Assembly (NCBI GenBank): GCA_965235115.1
Contig: OZ249440.1
Span: 31,746,001 to 31,810,000, forward strand
DNA length: 64,000 bases
DNA from: Laetmonice hystrix
Taxonomy: Eukaryota
Reading direction: 5' to 3'
Each line of letters opens with the position of its first letter. The stretch's first letter is position 1. The translations under genes were made by a program, and so were the position numbers. This document shows positions 49,353 to 62,178 of this stretch, one piece after another. The notes under the pieces are model-generated. The model saw nothing but the letters and a program-made list of their open reading frames with translations, had not been told where the DNA came from and searched no databases.

Positions 49353-50719
49353 TTTACGATTGTGATTGGACCACATTAGCATATGCGCGGACGCCGGAGG
49401 AAACATGTAAACATGAACTTGCTCGGCGGGTTGTCTATGCTTTGCATTTGCCTAGCATAATTAGCTATATTAAAGCGAGAGTCTCGTCCTTCAGCATTGT
49501 GCGATAGGCTGGCCATCCTAACGAGTAGGCCTAACGGTTGATGTGCTATTTATTGGACGTCTAACTAGCAGTAGCACTAGCAGATCGACCGTTTGGCGTT
49601 TGGGCTGGCTAGCGGCCAGTCTAAGCACACGCAGTCTAAGTTCTCTAACGTTAGAGCGTTTTTTAAAAAAATAGTGTAGACCTGTAGTCACAGAGATATT
49701 AGCATTATGTAAGGGAAACATGTTTTACCCAACTTGGTGGGACACCCCGCCCCCTCACCCTGCATAGCTACGCCTACGCTACGGCCACGACCGTACCATT
49801 GCATTGGACGCGTGTGCGGGCGGGGCATAAGCCCAAGGCTGGGCCTGCCCGACGACTCGATGTAAGCAGATGCTCGCCAGAGGTTCGTACATCTAGGCCT
49901 ATATGGCTGAACCGTAAATTCCATTATAAGAATCAAATGAGTCGGACTCCATACTTCAAATCGAGCTGTGCACTTAGAGAAGTTCCACGTCTTATGACCA
50001 AAACAATGGCAGCACGCGTGACCGCGGACTGTGCCTATCACTCTATGACACAGATTACGTCACGCTGGCCCTCTAGCGGCAGACAGGGGAGTTGCCGCCT
50101 TCACTGTCTTTCTTCGGCAGATTTCGAGAGCAACAATTTTAACACAAACTGTGAAAAAAGGAAGCAGAGATTTGGAGTTTTCTTTATTATTTTCGTTGTT
50201 AGTGGCTATCAATAAAGGCTCAAATCATATTCCGAATATAAAGTGGAGAGGGCTTTGCTCATCACCTTTAAGTTAAAATGTGTGTATCTTCAAAATGTAA
50301 GGGGGGGGGGGGAACAAAGCGGCTGCGTGTGCACAGAAAATCTCAGATTGTCTGTGAAGTGTGGCTCCCAAAAGCAAGTCAAGGTGAGGATCGAAGCCCC
50401 CCCCCCAGAAAATCACAAAATTTTCTCCTCGGATTTGCGTCGATCTCAGAAATGGCCTGGAGGCCTCAAAAAGTCCGAAAATCCGGATAAATCCGGAAAA
50501 ATCCCATGCCTGTTTATTATAGATTTTTTTTTAGGTCATGTGACTATTTCTAAAAATTAGAGGGGAAAAAATATAAAAAAAATTAAAGACGTGACTAGTC
50601 CTGGGATTGAACCGCCATCTGACATGCTAATGCTGGATTGATCTGGTACTGATTACCACAGGCAGTGAACCTATATTTTGTGAGGGCTATAAACTTGCTA
50701 TCACTTGGATCATCATCCT

Positions 50720-51410
50720 TTAGGTCACGTGACCTGTGACGTCGTAAGGATGTCATCTATATTTTCTCAGGGATATAACTTGTTAATGCTTGAAGTTAGA
50801 CCCATAGTTACTATTGAACACGAATAGGAAGTCATGTATGCCCTTTCGTTTGGCACCATTATTTCGTAGGTCACGTGACCTATGACGTCATAAGGATGTC
50901 ATCAATATTTTCTCAGGGCTATAACTTGTAAATGGTAGGAGTTAGACCCATAGTTACTACTGAACACGAATAGGAAGTCATGTATGCGCTTTTGTTTGGC
51001 GCCATTATTTCTTAGGTCACGTGACCTATAACATCATAACGATGTCATCGATATTTTCTTAGCGCTATAACTTGTAAATGGTAGGAGTTAGACCCTTAGT
51101 TACTATTGAATATGAATAGGAAGTCCTCATTATGTTCTTTCAATTGACACCAAGATTTATTATGTTGTGTGATCTATTACATCATTATGACGTAACTGAG
51201 CCCTTCTAAGGATTGGTAGAAGCCTGTAACTAGTAAACGGTGCTAGATAGACCTATAGTTACTTTTGAACATGAATAGGAAGTCATACATGCTCTTCTAT
51301 TGAGACCAAGATTTATGACGTTGCATAACGTCATAATGACGTAACTTCCATCTTCTAAGGCTCATAAGTCGTCATGGGGGCAAGATGGTACCATAGTTAT
51401 CCCTATTCAA
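50720..51410. repeat. 146-bp-period tandem repeat; related inverted copy at ~37330-37820
   Basis: TAGGTCACGTGACCT at ~50721, 50867 and 51013. Confidence 0.75.
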
Positions 51411-51474
51411 AACATGTTGGACGGGACACCCCAGGGATGGGATCCGTTGTGGTACTCCACAACGTATCTAGTTA

Positions 51475-51964
51475 CAGGGGTAGATCCAGGATTTTCGCTT
51501 GGGGGGGGGGGGGGGGGGCACTGGGACGAAGTCAGAAAGGGGTGGCTGGTCCTGAACTGCTGATAACTAAATCATGTTTTATACAAATTTCAATGTTCAT
51601 AAATCTCCAGGTTTACTGTTAGACTTTACTTTACTGCTAGAAAGGGGTGGCTGGGTTCATTTGGGCCTAAGTTATGGCCCTGTCACACCTTGCCGGATAG
51701 CATAAACGGATCATCTCCGTTTGCATGCTTTTCTTGTCCGTTTCTCGTTCGCCAAATGCGTTACTTGTCAGGCGAGGTCCGTTCAATACGGAGAAACGCC
51801 TGAGAGCATCGAGTAGCAACGGAGATGATTTTCACCACCGGATGGTTAATTTTGACCAAGTTTCTCTCCGTCGCACGTCCGTTTATGCTATCCGGCAAGG
51901 TGTGACAGGGCCATAATACTATACTTGTCCAAAATTTAGAGGGGGGCCCCTAGATCCGCCTCTG
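51475..51964. mobile_element. CAG...CTG MITE with 6-bp TSD TAGTTA
   Basis: CAGGGGTAGATCCAG / CTAGATCCGCCTCTG ends; TAGTTA on both sides. Confidence 0.75.
51675..51913. mobile_element. MITE with 33-bp TIR nested in another MITE
   Basis: TIR TGGCCCTGTCACACCTTGCCGGATAGCATAAAC; TA flanks. Confidence 0.85.
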
Positions 51965-53799
51965 TAGTTAGTACTCATGCCACACTGCTACGGTTATACA
52001 CACAACCCACTCAACTGCACAAATTCTTTTAATGTGTTTTGTCCCAAGTTGATGTTTTCTTAGTTTCATGCTTCTCAGTGCTGGGTGCACATACACCGAT
52101 TTCGTCGGCCAATTGAGAAATCAGCCAATTACAAATGGGATTGAAAACAGCCAATCGAGCCTGGACCCAATTGGGTTGGCCGATCATAATCAGCTGACCC
52201 AATCTGTGCACCCGGCCTAACATAGAGTAAGGGGAATAAGGCTCAACCTTCATCACTCGGGTTGCATTCTTATAACTGAACAGTTACCTGGTCGAAGCAG
52301 GTCCTTCCCCGAACACACTGTGTGTACATAAATGGTAAAATATGTCAATTAGAAAACACACATACTCCATCTATTATTCATGGGTAAATCAATAGACCAT
52401 TTTCCAAACTACTACTAGCGCCACCTACAAGCTCCCTAGCGACGCCAAAGATGGTGGACGCGCACTGCGTTGCTAACGCTTGGGCAATAGCGAACAGTGA
52501 AGAAAGAGGTGTTGAGCAAATCTGAGATTTTGAGTTTCTCCGTGTCAATTTGAGCAGTTCAGGGTGGTCAGGGTATTAAAACTATGGGGGTGACATGATA
52601 TAGTAAGTTGGAATCTCGGCAACAGGCAGAAATAAGTTTTAATCATGGTGTGAAGTTGAACGGTCTTAACTTTGACTTGAGCGATATTAGCAACATCGAG
52701 ACACTTTGTTTTGGGCACGGCCCCCCGGCCCATCTATATTAATCTCTTTTTATTAGTATATCAATTGTTCATTGTATTTTAATCATGTATTGTATGTATG
52801 GTATTATTGTAGATCTATATCAATTGTATATTAGCCAATTATTATATTGTAATCATAATGTATATATTAACGGTAGTATTTAGAGTGTGTGTATGATGGA
52901 AACCTATACTGGCCTCCTCCATGTATTCCGGTAAGATGAGCATTGAGGATGTGGGAGAAGAGGGAGCGGCGAACGGGAAGTATCGGGTAAGCTGGCACGA
53001 GTTGACGCGCGATAGCCGCCCCGTTCCCCTGGTCACTTGCTGGGAGGTCCTACAGCCACCTGGGGGTCATGACCGACCCCCGAAGCGCTGGCCTCCTGGC
53101 GATAGGAAGTGCCAGATGGATCTTGGGGAGGTGTCGCGCTGTGGTCAGGCCGCTTACCCGGTTGCTTCTCGCGGATATCCTGCGTCTCTCCGGGGTCATG
53201 GCCGGGCGCTGACACGCGGACGAACGGCTTTGGCCTGCGGGGGGTGCCGTAAGGGTATACCCATCCCCACAGTAGGCCCGGGTGTCCAGCTGGTTGGCAG
53301 TGATTGACAGCTGCCAGTACGGGCACGGCCGGGGAGGACCGGATGGAGGAGGACCAATAAATAGGGGACCCATCATGTAGCGCAGGCAGTTAGTTACCCA
53401 GTGATGCAGTTCAGCTAAGAGTTGAGAGTAGTCAGCTACTCATCAGCAGTTAGTACAGAGAGTTGGTAGGCGAGAGTCTGAGGATGCGCTTGTAATTGAA
53501 GATTCGAGAATACAACCATCACGAAAAACCAGCTCGTTTATGTTGTGATTGGGGGACCGCAACAACCTGACAGTTGAAAACATTTTGATACTGACCATTA
53601 ATGCCAGGTTAACAAGCACTGTTGGTATGGAACATGTGCAGGTGACAGTAGATATGGGGCAGGAAGCAGTAAACCAAGGCCATCCATGGATGGTGTCAGA
53701 TTTTTTACCTTCCTGGGCCCCATCCGACAGACAGAGAAGAGGGCTGTACAACCCATGTAAAATTTCTCGTATGTGTAAAACTACCGTAATATGTAACAA

Positions 53800-54632
53800 A
53801 CTTGTGAAGCTTATAGCCCCCACAAAGAACTTAAAATGGATTCTTGAACAAACGATGCACGACTTCAATTGATCTTTCAATGGCAAAGAAAATACTGTCA
53901 AATGAAACTTCCTATGTACTTCGTCTGCATCTTAGTAACTAATACATTGTAATGCATAGTGCCCCTCATGTCTCTTGACAGCACCTCATGTCTCTCGACG
54001 TTTGAAAGAAATCGACATTGTTTTGTCCGTGTTATTGCTTGAAAGGTGTTTACATCCAATAAGATGGTTGCAATGCACCATTTTGAGTGATATCACAACT
54101 CTACTTGACATGCATCATCCTCAGACCGTCCATGATAATTGTGTAATGCTTATCTTTAATGTTTTGGAGATACAGGCCATTGAAAATAATAATGCAAGAT
54201 ACAAGTCATTTAAAAGGTGTGCGACCTTGAGTGACCTTTGACCTTCATTTGAGGTAAAAGAAAATACCAAATGAAACTTCATATATGACTTCCTATCTGT
54301 GTTCTATAGTAATTATGTGCTTACCTTACGTACTTTTGGAGATATCAATCATTAAAAAATATGCATGACCTTGTTTGACCTTTATAGATCACCAGAGGTC
54401 ATGAAAAATGGTGTCAAATGAAAGTTCATATATGACTTCCTATGCATGTTCAATAGTATCTATGGCGATATCTTCAACTGATACGGAGATACAAGCCATT
54501 TAAAAGTTGTGCGACCTTGAATGACCTTTGCCCTTCACTTGGGGTAAAAGAAAATACCAAATGAAACTTCCTATCTGTGTTCAATAGTAATTATGTGCTT
54601 ACCGTACTTTTGGAGATATCAATCATTAAAAA
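53800..54632. repeat. Helentron/HINE-like repeat, same family as 7560-9050 and 14900
   Basis: Shared internal units; interrupted at 54633 by a CAGAGTTGCCA element end. Confidence 0.6.
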
Positions 54633-56049
54633 TCAGAGTTGCCACTCCCACTTTGAAAAAAAAGTGGAAAATCCAAAATATACATTTTTGCCAAAAAAGG
54701 CCCCCTCCTCGCCCCATAAACCTATTGAGGATGGCTATAAGTCCTTCTGATGACCAGAGAACAATGTTGGGAAGCTGGGTACCTGGCTGTACGGGGTAAC
54801 TTACTAACTTACGGGAATTTGTCGACGGTTGGGACAGTAGTGTATCGGAAATTAGGTGCTGGTACTTATTTATGGTTATCTCCATAAATTGTTGGAGATG
54901 CGGTTCTCTCATCCACAGCGCGGGGGGGAGAACCATCGACTTTAGCAACATTTTTCTCACGACGTTTTCCAGGCCTGTGGATTGGATACCTGCCGTTTAA
55001 GATACGGCTGATGGGCCAGTGATCGTCGGACGCTTTTCACCTCTGCAGATCCGTCTCCCCTGGTTGGTGGTTGGGCCCGGGATGACTTGGGTAATCCGGT
55101 TGGCGCTGTCGGGCCCAAGAGGGTCCGGGAAGAAGCATTTTGAGCGTTATCATCAAAAGGGGTCTACAACTAAATTGAATGTTCCTCTTCCCGCAGCCGC
55201 GGGGAGGACATCGGTCGCGTAGGTTTATCGGTATTGGGTTGTCTGCTGTATGGTTTAGGGTTCTCTTACCCGGAGCTTCGGGAGATGACCCGGGAGGTCT
55301 ATGTAAGTTTCTATGGTCACGGAAGTGGCAATGTGGAGAAATAAAAGTATCTACAGAAGGAAAACTTGGTGTTCGAGTTGTGTGGAATTGAAAGATACTT
55401 TCCATCTTTCTCGAAAACTATGCCTTTTTCACGTGTATGTCATTGAAAGTCATTTTTCCCTTGAGATTTTTTATGTCTGCTCCTAAAGTTTGGTGACGAA
55501 ATACACAGCAGTTTGGGAGATGTGGCTGCCGGAACAGGTCCATATTGGGTGTACTGCTTCTACTGAGGCAGAACGACCAGGCTGCTGGCCGATGCTCAAT
55601 AGTACACGTGTTGGGTCACTCGGAACACCGACGCTGCTTCTGATTGGCTGTTCCTAGGTCATAAACGGTGGCGAACCAGGCCTCAGATGTATGAAGCTGC
55701 CATTTTCCCAGGATTTTGCGCAAAACCCAGTGAAGCGGCATTGGATTTACATGCCATTTTAATAAATTTTAGACATCCAGCTACCAAACGCTTAATGCCA
55801 TCGGCATATCCGAATATCCCTACATAGACACTGCCCCCGCGACAGCCAACTGAACTTTTGATCAATTTATTAAATAGACCACCCAAAATTGGTGCAACAG
55901 ACTGATTTTGGCATGCAAATTGAGATGCAAATCCGGTTAATTCGAGCCCTGTAACCATTTATCTATGATGTGGGGGAGGGATCAGGGAAGTTTCAGTAGT
56001 CAAGGCTCTGATTCTCGACAAAGAATTGCCCGGCTCCCTCTTTAATAAG

Positions 56050-56526
56050 CAGACCTTGTCTTTTAAGGCGAGGGAGCAATCGCGAGCATCATACCACGCC
56101 TAAATGCCATTGAGGCGCTCGAAAAAGGACGCACCTAGTGACAATAAAATTGTGCGCCTCTGCTGTGGCCAGTTTTTTCCTATCGTCTCCGACCATCACC
56201 ATGCCGACTACAGGTTGAGTGGTGATGTTCCATTAGGGCCTGTTAGAAATCGTAGATCCAGCAACAGAATGCCAATCTCTTGCGGTTCACCATGAATTCT
56301 CTACAAAAAAGGTTGTTTAACTCAAATAAAACTAACAGAAACCTGTAATTATTAGGGCATTTCACCGATCAATGTTTACTTCTGTCTCCACCATGTGCAC
56401 AGAACTCCCATAATTCACCATGTAAAGGCCCCTACCAAAATTCCAATGCACTAGCAAATCACTCATTGAAAAAAGCTTGCCTAGGCACACATCACTCGCC
56501 TTCACTTTTTTAAAAGACAAGGCCTG
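56050..56526. mobile_element. CAG...CTG element with 6-bp TSD AATAAG
   Basis: TIR CAGRCCTTGTCTTTTAA. Confidence 0.75.
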
Positions 56527-57070
56527 AATAAGGTAACGTATAAAAAAATAATTAACTTCTAAAATATATAGGTTCCGAGAATGTCCATAGCCTACAATTT
56601 ACAAAATATTCCCGCAAAACCAAATCATACACTCCACCCTATCCACCCCTTATCATGTAGTTGGCCCATGTTGTGTTTCAGTCTTTTCTATAAATTGTCC
56701 TTACTGCCTTCACTGCGGGGTATGTGCATTTAAACACGAACGGCCAGCTACTGAGCAAGGTCCAGATAGCATGATTTTGGATCTGAATTAAAAATACATT
56801 AAAATGCATATTGGCCATCATTACACCTCCTCCATGCACCAGGTTTGAAAGAAATCGCGACTGTTATTGCTCAAAATGTGTTTCCATCAAAGATGGGCCA
56901 TTTTGAATGATAGCAAAAATTTGGTTGACGTGCATCAGCCTCAGGTCGTCCCTGATCACTGTGTCATGTTTAAAGGACGTATGGTGAATTAGAAGCCTTT
57001 GCGTTGGAGGCTACAAAGACAGACATATTTTGGTGCAGTGCAGACAGCTGCGGTATACTTTGATTTACAA

Positions 57071-57275
57071 CAGGGTTTGCACACGGCGTCAAAAATAAAA
57101 TTCCAGGACTTTCAACGACTTTTTCCAGCACCTGTCACAAGATTTCAAGGACCTATCTCCCAAAGCATTTGTCATGATGTAGACAAATCACGATTTTCAA
57201 GGGTTTCAAGGCCTTGAAAAATCTCTAAATAAATTCAAGTACTTTAAAGGACTTCAAGGACCTGTGCGAACCATA
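57071..57275. mobile_element. MITE with 6-bp TSD TTACAA
   Basis: CAGGGTTTGCACA left end; degenerate right end TGTGCGAACCATA. Confidence 0.6.
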
Positions 57276-57412
57276 TTACAAAGAGCTAACTATAACACCA
57301 ATATTAGTCTGCATTAGTTCAAAATCGCCAAACATTCTCTACAGATTGGAACTAATGTGGCGATTATGTTGCCATGTGGAATGTATAGAAAACTGGTATT
57401 TGTCGTACTCAC

Positions 57413-57616
57413 ATTACTCATGTACTCTGTGAGGAGATCCTGCAAGGCCTGACGTACAGCATTGCACTCCTGGACGATTCGCTCACGTCGATCATCGCGT
57501 GTGCATGAAGAATCTGCCATCAAGGCAGCGCCACTGATGATATTCTCCAGGTGTTCCTCCAGAGATGGGCGGCTGCGCACTTCGTTGTATGTCAGTGGAT
57601 CCATGATGATCTTTTG
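57413..57616 (-). CDS. CTNNA: alpha-catenin exon (QKIIMDP...IISGAALMADSSCTRDDRRERIV...EYMSN)
   Basis: 204 nt, CAG/GTGAG; near-identical to the alpha-catenin M1 sequence. Confidence 0.98.
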
Positions 57617-59355
57617 CTGCAACAATCCACAACAACTCTGATTTTCATTTTACCCTACTCAAGGTAAGGAAACAAGACCCCTTCAGATTCACAGCCCCTG
57701 ACTGGGTAGGGGCAAATTATCTGTGGGCATGGGAACTATGCGTACAGTGGAAACCCGCTTAACGACCAACCCGGGGAAGCGGGCAACCCGTCATTACGGG
57801 CAGTTTGATCCAGTCCCGAAATTTTCCTTCTATATTCATGTTTGTGAAACACCCGCCAATACAGGCATTCGCATGTAGTGGCTGATGCTTTCAAAACACA
57901 AAGACATAATGACCTAATTCCCGGTAAGACGACCACCCCGCTATGCGGGCACCAAATTTTTCCACAGAGAATTGATTGTTTCTAGATAGTTTAGAGAGAC
58001 TAAAAACTAGCGGGACTAACGTAGAGACGTATAAGCAGCGATTTCCACAAGATTCAGAAATTTTTTCACCGCTCCTTGTCTCAACGGGCCTGCCCACTGA
58101 AGGCACGTGGCGTGTGTTTACCGACATGATACCTAGACTGAACACCGCGCGCATGCGTGTCAGGTTTGTTTTGGACTGAAACGGCTCTGAGAATGGTTAT
58201 GGCGGCCGCGGCTTTCCATCGCTTAGAAAAAAATTACAGCATTAAAAGTTACAGGAATTAAAGATATTAATACAATGACTAATTTAAAACCAATATCTCA
58301 GAAATGCTGGAGCCGTTTTAAGAAATGGGCCATTATGTGTTGCCGCCATTTCATGGTGGCAAGGGGTCCCGCGAACCGGTGACCTGAGGAGGTTAATTTG
58401 CATAGTGCTAACAGGCGGGTCGGTCGGTGCAAGTGACCGCTGGTCAGTGCATTCCACCACCGGCATTCGAGACATACGCAGTAGTATTTTCACGGCACCC
58501 CATGCGGGGTAATTGGTATGTACATGTCTACCATGTAGTTCAATCACGTTAGATTTCTGGAACATTGATTCGTATCTTGTTTAAAATAACTTTCAGTCTC
58601 TTGTTGTATTTAATATACGGGACATATACGTTTATGTTCAAGTATGACGACGTAGTTGGTGACTTTTTTCAGTTATGGTTACGCCATGGCCGGTAGGCCT
58701 ATACAACGGTGGCAACGGTACGGCGGCCGAGTATGCCCACGATTCTGTAAGTGTTCATGACACATAGGGTTCCTATTTAATTTGTGTACGAACATGTATG
58801 TTAGAAGGTTACTAGGTTATTTCGTTGTGAAACGGCGCATTTATATTGTTTGGTGAAGATATTGATATGTGGCAAACTTTATTGGTGGTGATTATGACAA
58901 CTTTATATATATATAGAGTCTTCTGACAGATAACAGTATCACAAGAATGTAATATTGTCTTTTGTGTTTCATTTCTTTAGTTTCACTATGTACCTGAGGA
59001 CGCATGCGTAGACAGAGTGGGAAAATAAATGTTGGCAGAGTCTTTTGGTGTCGTTTTGTTGGCCGCACGTAATAATGTGCTAAAAGGTGCCCATTTTCAT
59101 CTAAAAAATGGTAAAAAATAACAATTTCGAAAATCTGAAAAAAAAACAATAGCTTATCGGCGCACAGAGAGGTAAGCTAAAAATAGGTACAGATCTAACA
59201 GCTAACAGATCTTTCAACATGCAAAGACCTGAAATGAAGGAAGCATCAGAGATGTGCCAAAAGTCAGAAACTACATAGAATGAACATCTTTAAATTACGG
59301 CCAACTGCCAGGTCACCTTCATATGTATCAGCTACATTAGAACAGATTCACTTAC

Positions 59356-59529
59356 ATCAAATTCATCAAGAGCTGCCGCCAGTTCCCCAGCCCCTTCATA
59401 TGGGTGTGCATCACTCTGCCCTGAGGCCTGTGCCACACCAGATATTGTATTCACTGCGTCACACACTTGTTTGAGGACGTAGTCGCGGTTTGCCCTGGCT
59501 GCAGCAAGTTCAGGGTGACGTACATAGGC
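59356..59529 (-). CDS. CTNNA: alpha-catenin exon (AYVRHPELAAARANRDYV...GELAAALDEFD)
   Basis: 174 nt, CAG/GTAAG, phase 0/0; recognisable alpha-catenin N-domain end. Confidence 0.96.
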
Positions 59530-59778
59530 CTGAAAAACAGGAATACAAAAAACAAGACTGTGAAACAACACCTATTCCGTCTTGAACACGTGATATTATT
59601 GTCATGTGTGATATGTATTGGAAGGTTATTCAAGGTTAAAGAAATAATCACAAATGAAACTACATATGTTGTACATGTATATACAATATGACTTTATATC
59701 CACCCTAACTTAGGAGTTTTTGCGTTATAGTTTTGAAGGTACAAGCACTGAAAAGATGCACGACCACAGGGATCTCCT

Positions 59779-60814
59779 GTGGCTGACCTGGGGGAGGGGG
59801 TGGGGTGGTAAACCCTGTAACGTGGCTGACCTGGGGGAGGGGGCGGGGTGGTGAACCCTGTAATGTGGCTGACCTGGGGGAGGGGGCGGGGTGGTGAACC
59901 CTGTAATGTGGCTGACCTGGGGGAGGGGGCGGGGTGGTGAACCCTGTAACATGGCTGACCTGGGGGAGGGGGCGGGGTGGTGAACCCTGTAATGTGGCTG
60001 ACCTGGGGGAGGGGGCGGGGTGGTGAACCCTGTAATGTGGCTGACCTGGGGGAGGGGGCGGGGTGGTGAACCCTGTAACGTGGCTGACCTGGGGGAGGGG
60101 GCGGGGTGGTGAACCCTGTAATGTGGCTGACCTGGGGGAGGGGGCGGGGTGGTGAACCCTGTAATGTGGCTGACCTGGGGGAGGGGGCGGGGTGGTGAAC
60201 CCTGTAACATGGCTGACCTGGGGGAGGGGGCGGGGTGGTGAACCCTGTAACATGGCTGACCTGGGGGAGGGGGCGGGGTGGTGAACCCTGTAACGTGGCT
60301 GACCTGGGGGAGGGGGCGGGGTGGTGAACCCTGTAATGTGGCTGACCTGAGAGAGGGGCTGGGGTGGTGAACCCTGTAACATGGCTGACCTGGGGGAGGG
60401 GGCGGGGTGGTGAACCCTGTAATGTGGCTGACCTGGGGGAGGGGCTGGGGTGGTGAACCCTGTAACGTGGCTGACCTGGGGGAGGGGGCGGGGTGGTGAA
60501 CCCTGTAAAGTGGCTGACCTGGGGGAGGGGGCGGGGTGGTGAACCCTGTAATGTGGCTGACCTGGGGGAGGGGCTGGGGTGGTGAACCCTGTAACATGGC
60601 TGACCTGGGGGAGGGGGCGGGGTGGTGAACCCTGTAATGTGGCTGACCTGGGGGAGGGGGCGGTGAACCCTGTAATGTGGCTGACCTGGGGGAGGGGCTG
60701 GGGTGGTGAACCCTGTAACGTGGCTGACCTGGGAGGTGGTGCGGTTAACCCTGTAACATGGCTGACCTGGGGGGAGGGGGTGAATCCTGTATGTATTCTG
60801 CAATGTGGCTTACC
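59779..60814. repeat. 43-bp G-rich minisatellite, about 23 copies
   Basis: Unit GTGGCTGACCTGGGGGAGGGGGCGGGGTGGTGAACCCTGTAAT. Confidence 0.97.
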
Positions 60815-60832
60815 TCAGGTAGCCTGGCTTAC

Positions 60833-60922
60833 CTTAGATGTGGTGAGGAGCATCATACTGTTCTTCTTCAGTGTAGCACGGGCAGCAGCCAGGTCGTCAC
60901 GCCGGCGGGGGTCCTTTAAATC
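60833..60922 (-). CDS. CTNNA: alpha-catenin coding exon (first in window; DLKDPRRRDDLAAARATLKKNSMMLLTTSK)
   Basis: 90 nt, CAG acceptor, GTAAG donor, phase 0/0; resembles alpha-catenin ELKD..RDQMAAARGILQKN. Confidence 0.93.
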
Positions 60923-61922
60923 CTGCCAGAACACAAACATTTTAACTTCAATCATTGTCTTAAGCAGTGGCATCCAATGTTGACAATTCCTTCAGATTTT
61001 TCTACACTTCTCCAAACTCCAAACGCTTTCAATGTCAAACAGAAACAATATCATAGGTAACACGGGTCTTTTAGCCGAGTAAAAAAAATCGATAATCTGG
61101 ACAAATCAACCCTAATTCGTCAGTCGTGCGCCATCGACCTGTTGTCGCACGTTTGGACGCCATTTGAACAGAGACTAGGAACAGATAGAGAATTCCCTGA
61201 TGTCACGTGACGTGCATCTGCGAGTTGAGGTTTCAGCCTTTGATACTTTTCATAGCTGTAACCGACAATGACGACTTCATAATACTTATAGTATGGGTAA
61301 CGACTAAACTGTTCACTCTGGTGTTTAAAGTGAAATGTGAGTGTTAAAAGCGCCGCGTATTGAGTCATGTTAGTACTACTGGGGAAATGTGAGTGTTCAA
61401 AGCTCCCCGTAGTGAGCTTTAACAGAAAAATGTTTGGCTTATTTATGCAGTCAACTAATTTAATGTGGAAATCAGCAGTATTTTTTAAGCCATGAACCAA
61501 ACTGTGTGCCAGAACTTGTTTTACTCTATTGAATGCTATAGTTAAGACCCATGTTTTACCAAGGCACCGACTGTTTGGCAGGCTGTAACTTTTTTTATAA
61601 TTTGGTGACCGCAATTTTTTTTGTTTTAAACTATTAGTCCTGATCTACTTTATCTTGTCAACGACAATCAGGAGAAAATCAGTGGTCATTTTTTAACTCT
61701 TAGTCAAAATGTCTGAAAAATCCCGTTTTTCCCATTGAAACCTATAGTAAAGACCCATGTTTTACGGAGGCCTGTATAAAAAAAATCTAATTCGGTGACA
61801 TATGATTTTTTTGGTTACTTTGTACTCCTAATGACAAAGGCTATCCCCCATAAAAATATTTTGAAAATTCTAGTGGTTAATAGAGGTGACGATTTGCATA
61901 AGCATAGCGACTGATATGTGAC

Positions 61923-62178
61923 TGGTGAGTGGTGCCACATATAGCCCCGCTCTGCCAGACCACCGGTGCATTCGTTCCCTGCTATAAAATAGCGGTATAG
62001 GAGCATAAACTGTGCATTCTATGAAGTAGACAGTAACGTTTTCTATTTAGTTTCGATTCTGTATACTTGAATTCGTTACTTGTGCCATAATACAGGCTGT
62101 CAAACTTGAGTAACCACCTTGTGTTTACTTTTCATGACGAAGGCTGCTATTGGAGTAAAGTACCACCACTAATCACCA
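61923..62178 (+). mobile_element. candidate 5' LTR of an LTR retrotransposon, followed by a PBS at 62181
   Basis: TGGTGA...TCACCA ends, internal TATAAAA, 2-nt spacer, then TGGCGCCAGCTCGGGAC (tRNA-Lys-like PBS). Confidence 0.6.

Larger units (their letters stand above)
47441..50267 (+). mobile_element. Kolobok-like element with THAP remnant
   Basis: TTAA at 47437 and 50268; 12/15 TIR match (AGGTCAAGTGCAAAG / AGGTGATGAGCAAAG). Confidence 0.7.

Noticed and set aside
54619..54960. LPNIVLWS as a non-LTR restriction-like endonuclease motif
   Set aside because: One short motif lacking the catalytic Asp and the downstream E-x-K/ELT; no RT nearby
59694..60803. 369/290/225-aa Pro-rich ORFs
   Set aside because: Translations of the 43-bp minisatellite, open in all three frames
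6042..60922. Vinculin or alpha-catulin identity
   Set aside because: The exon peptides match alpha-catenin almost residue for residue, and there is no Pro-rich vinculin hinge
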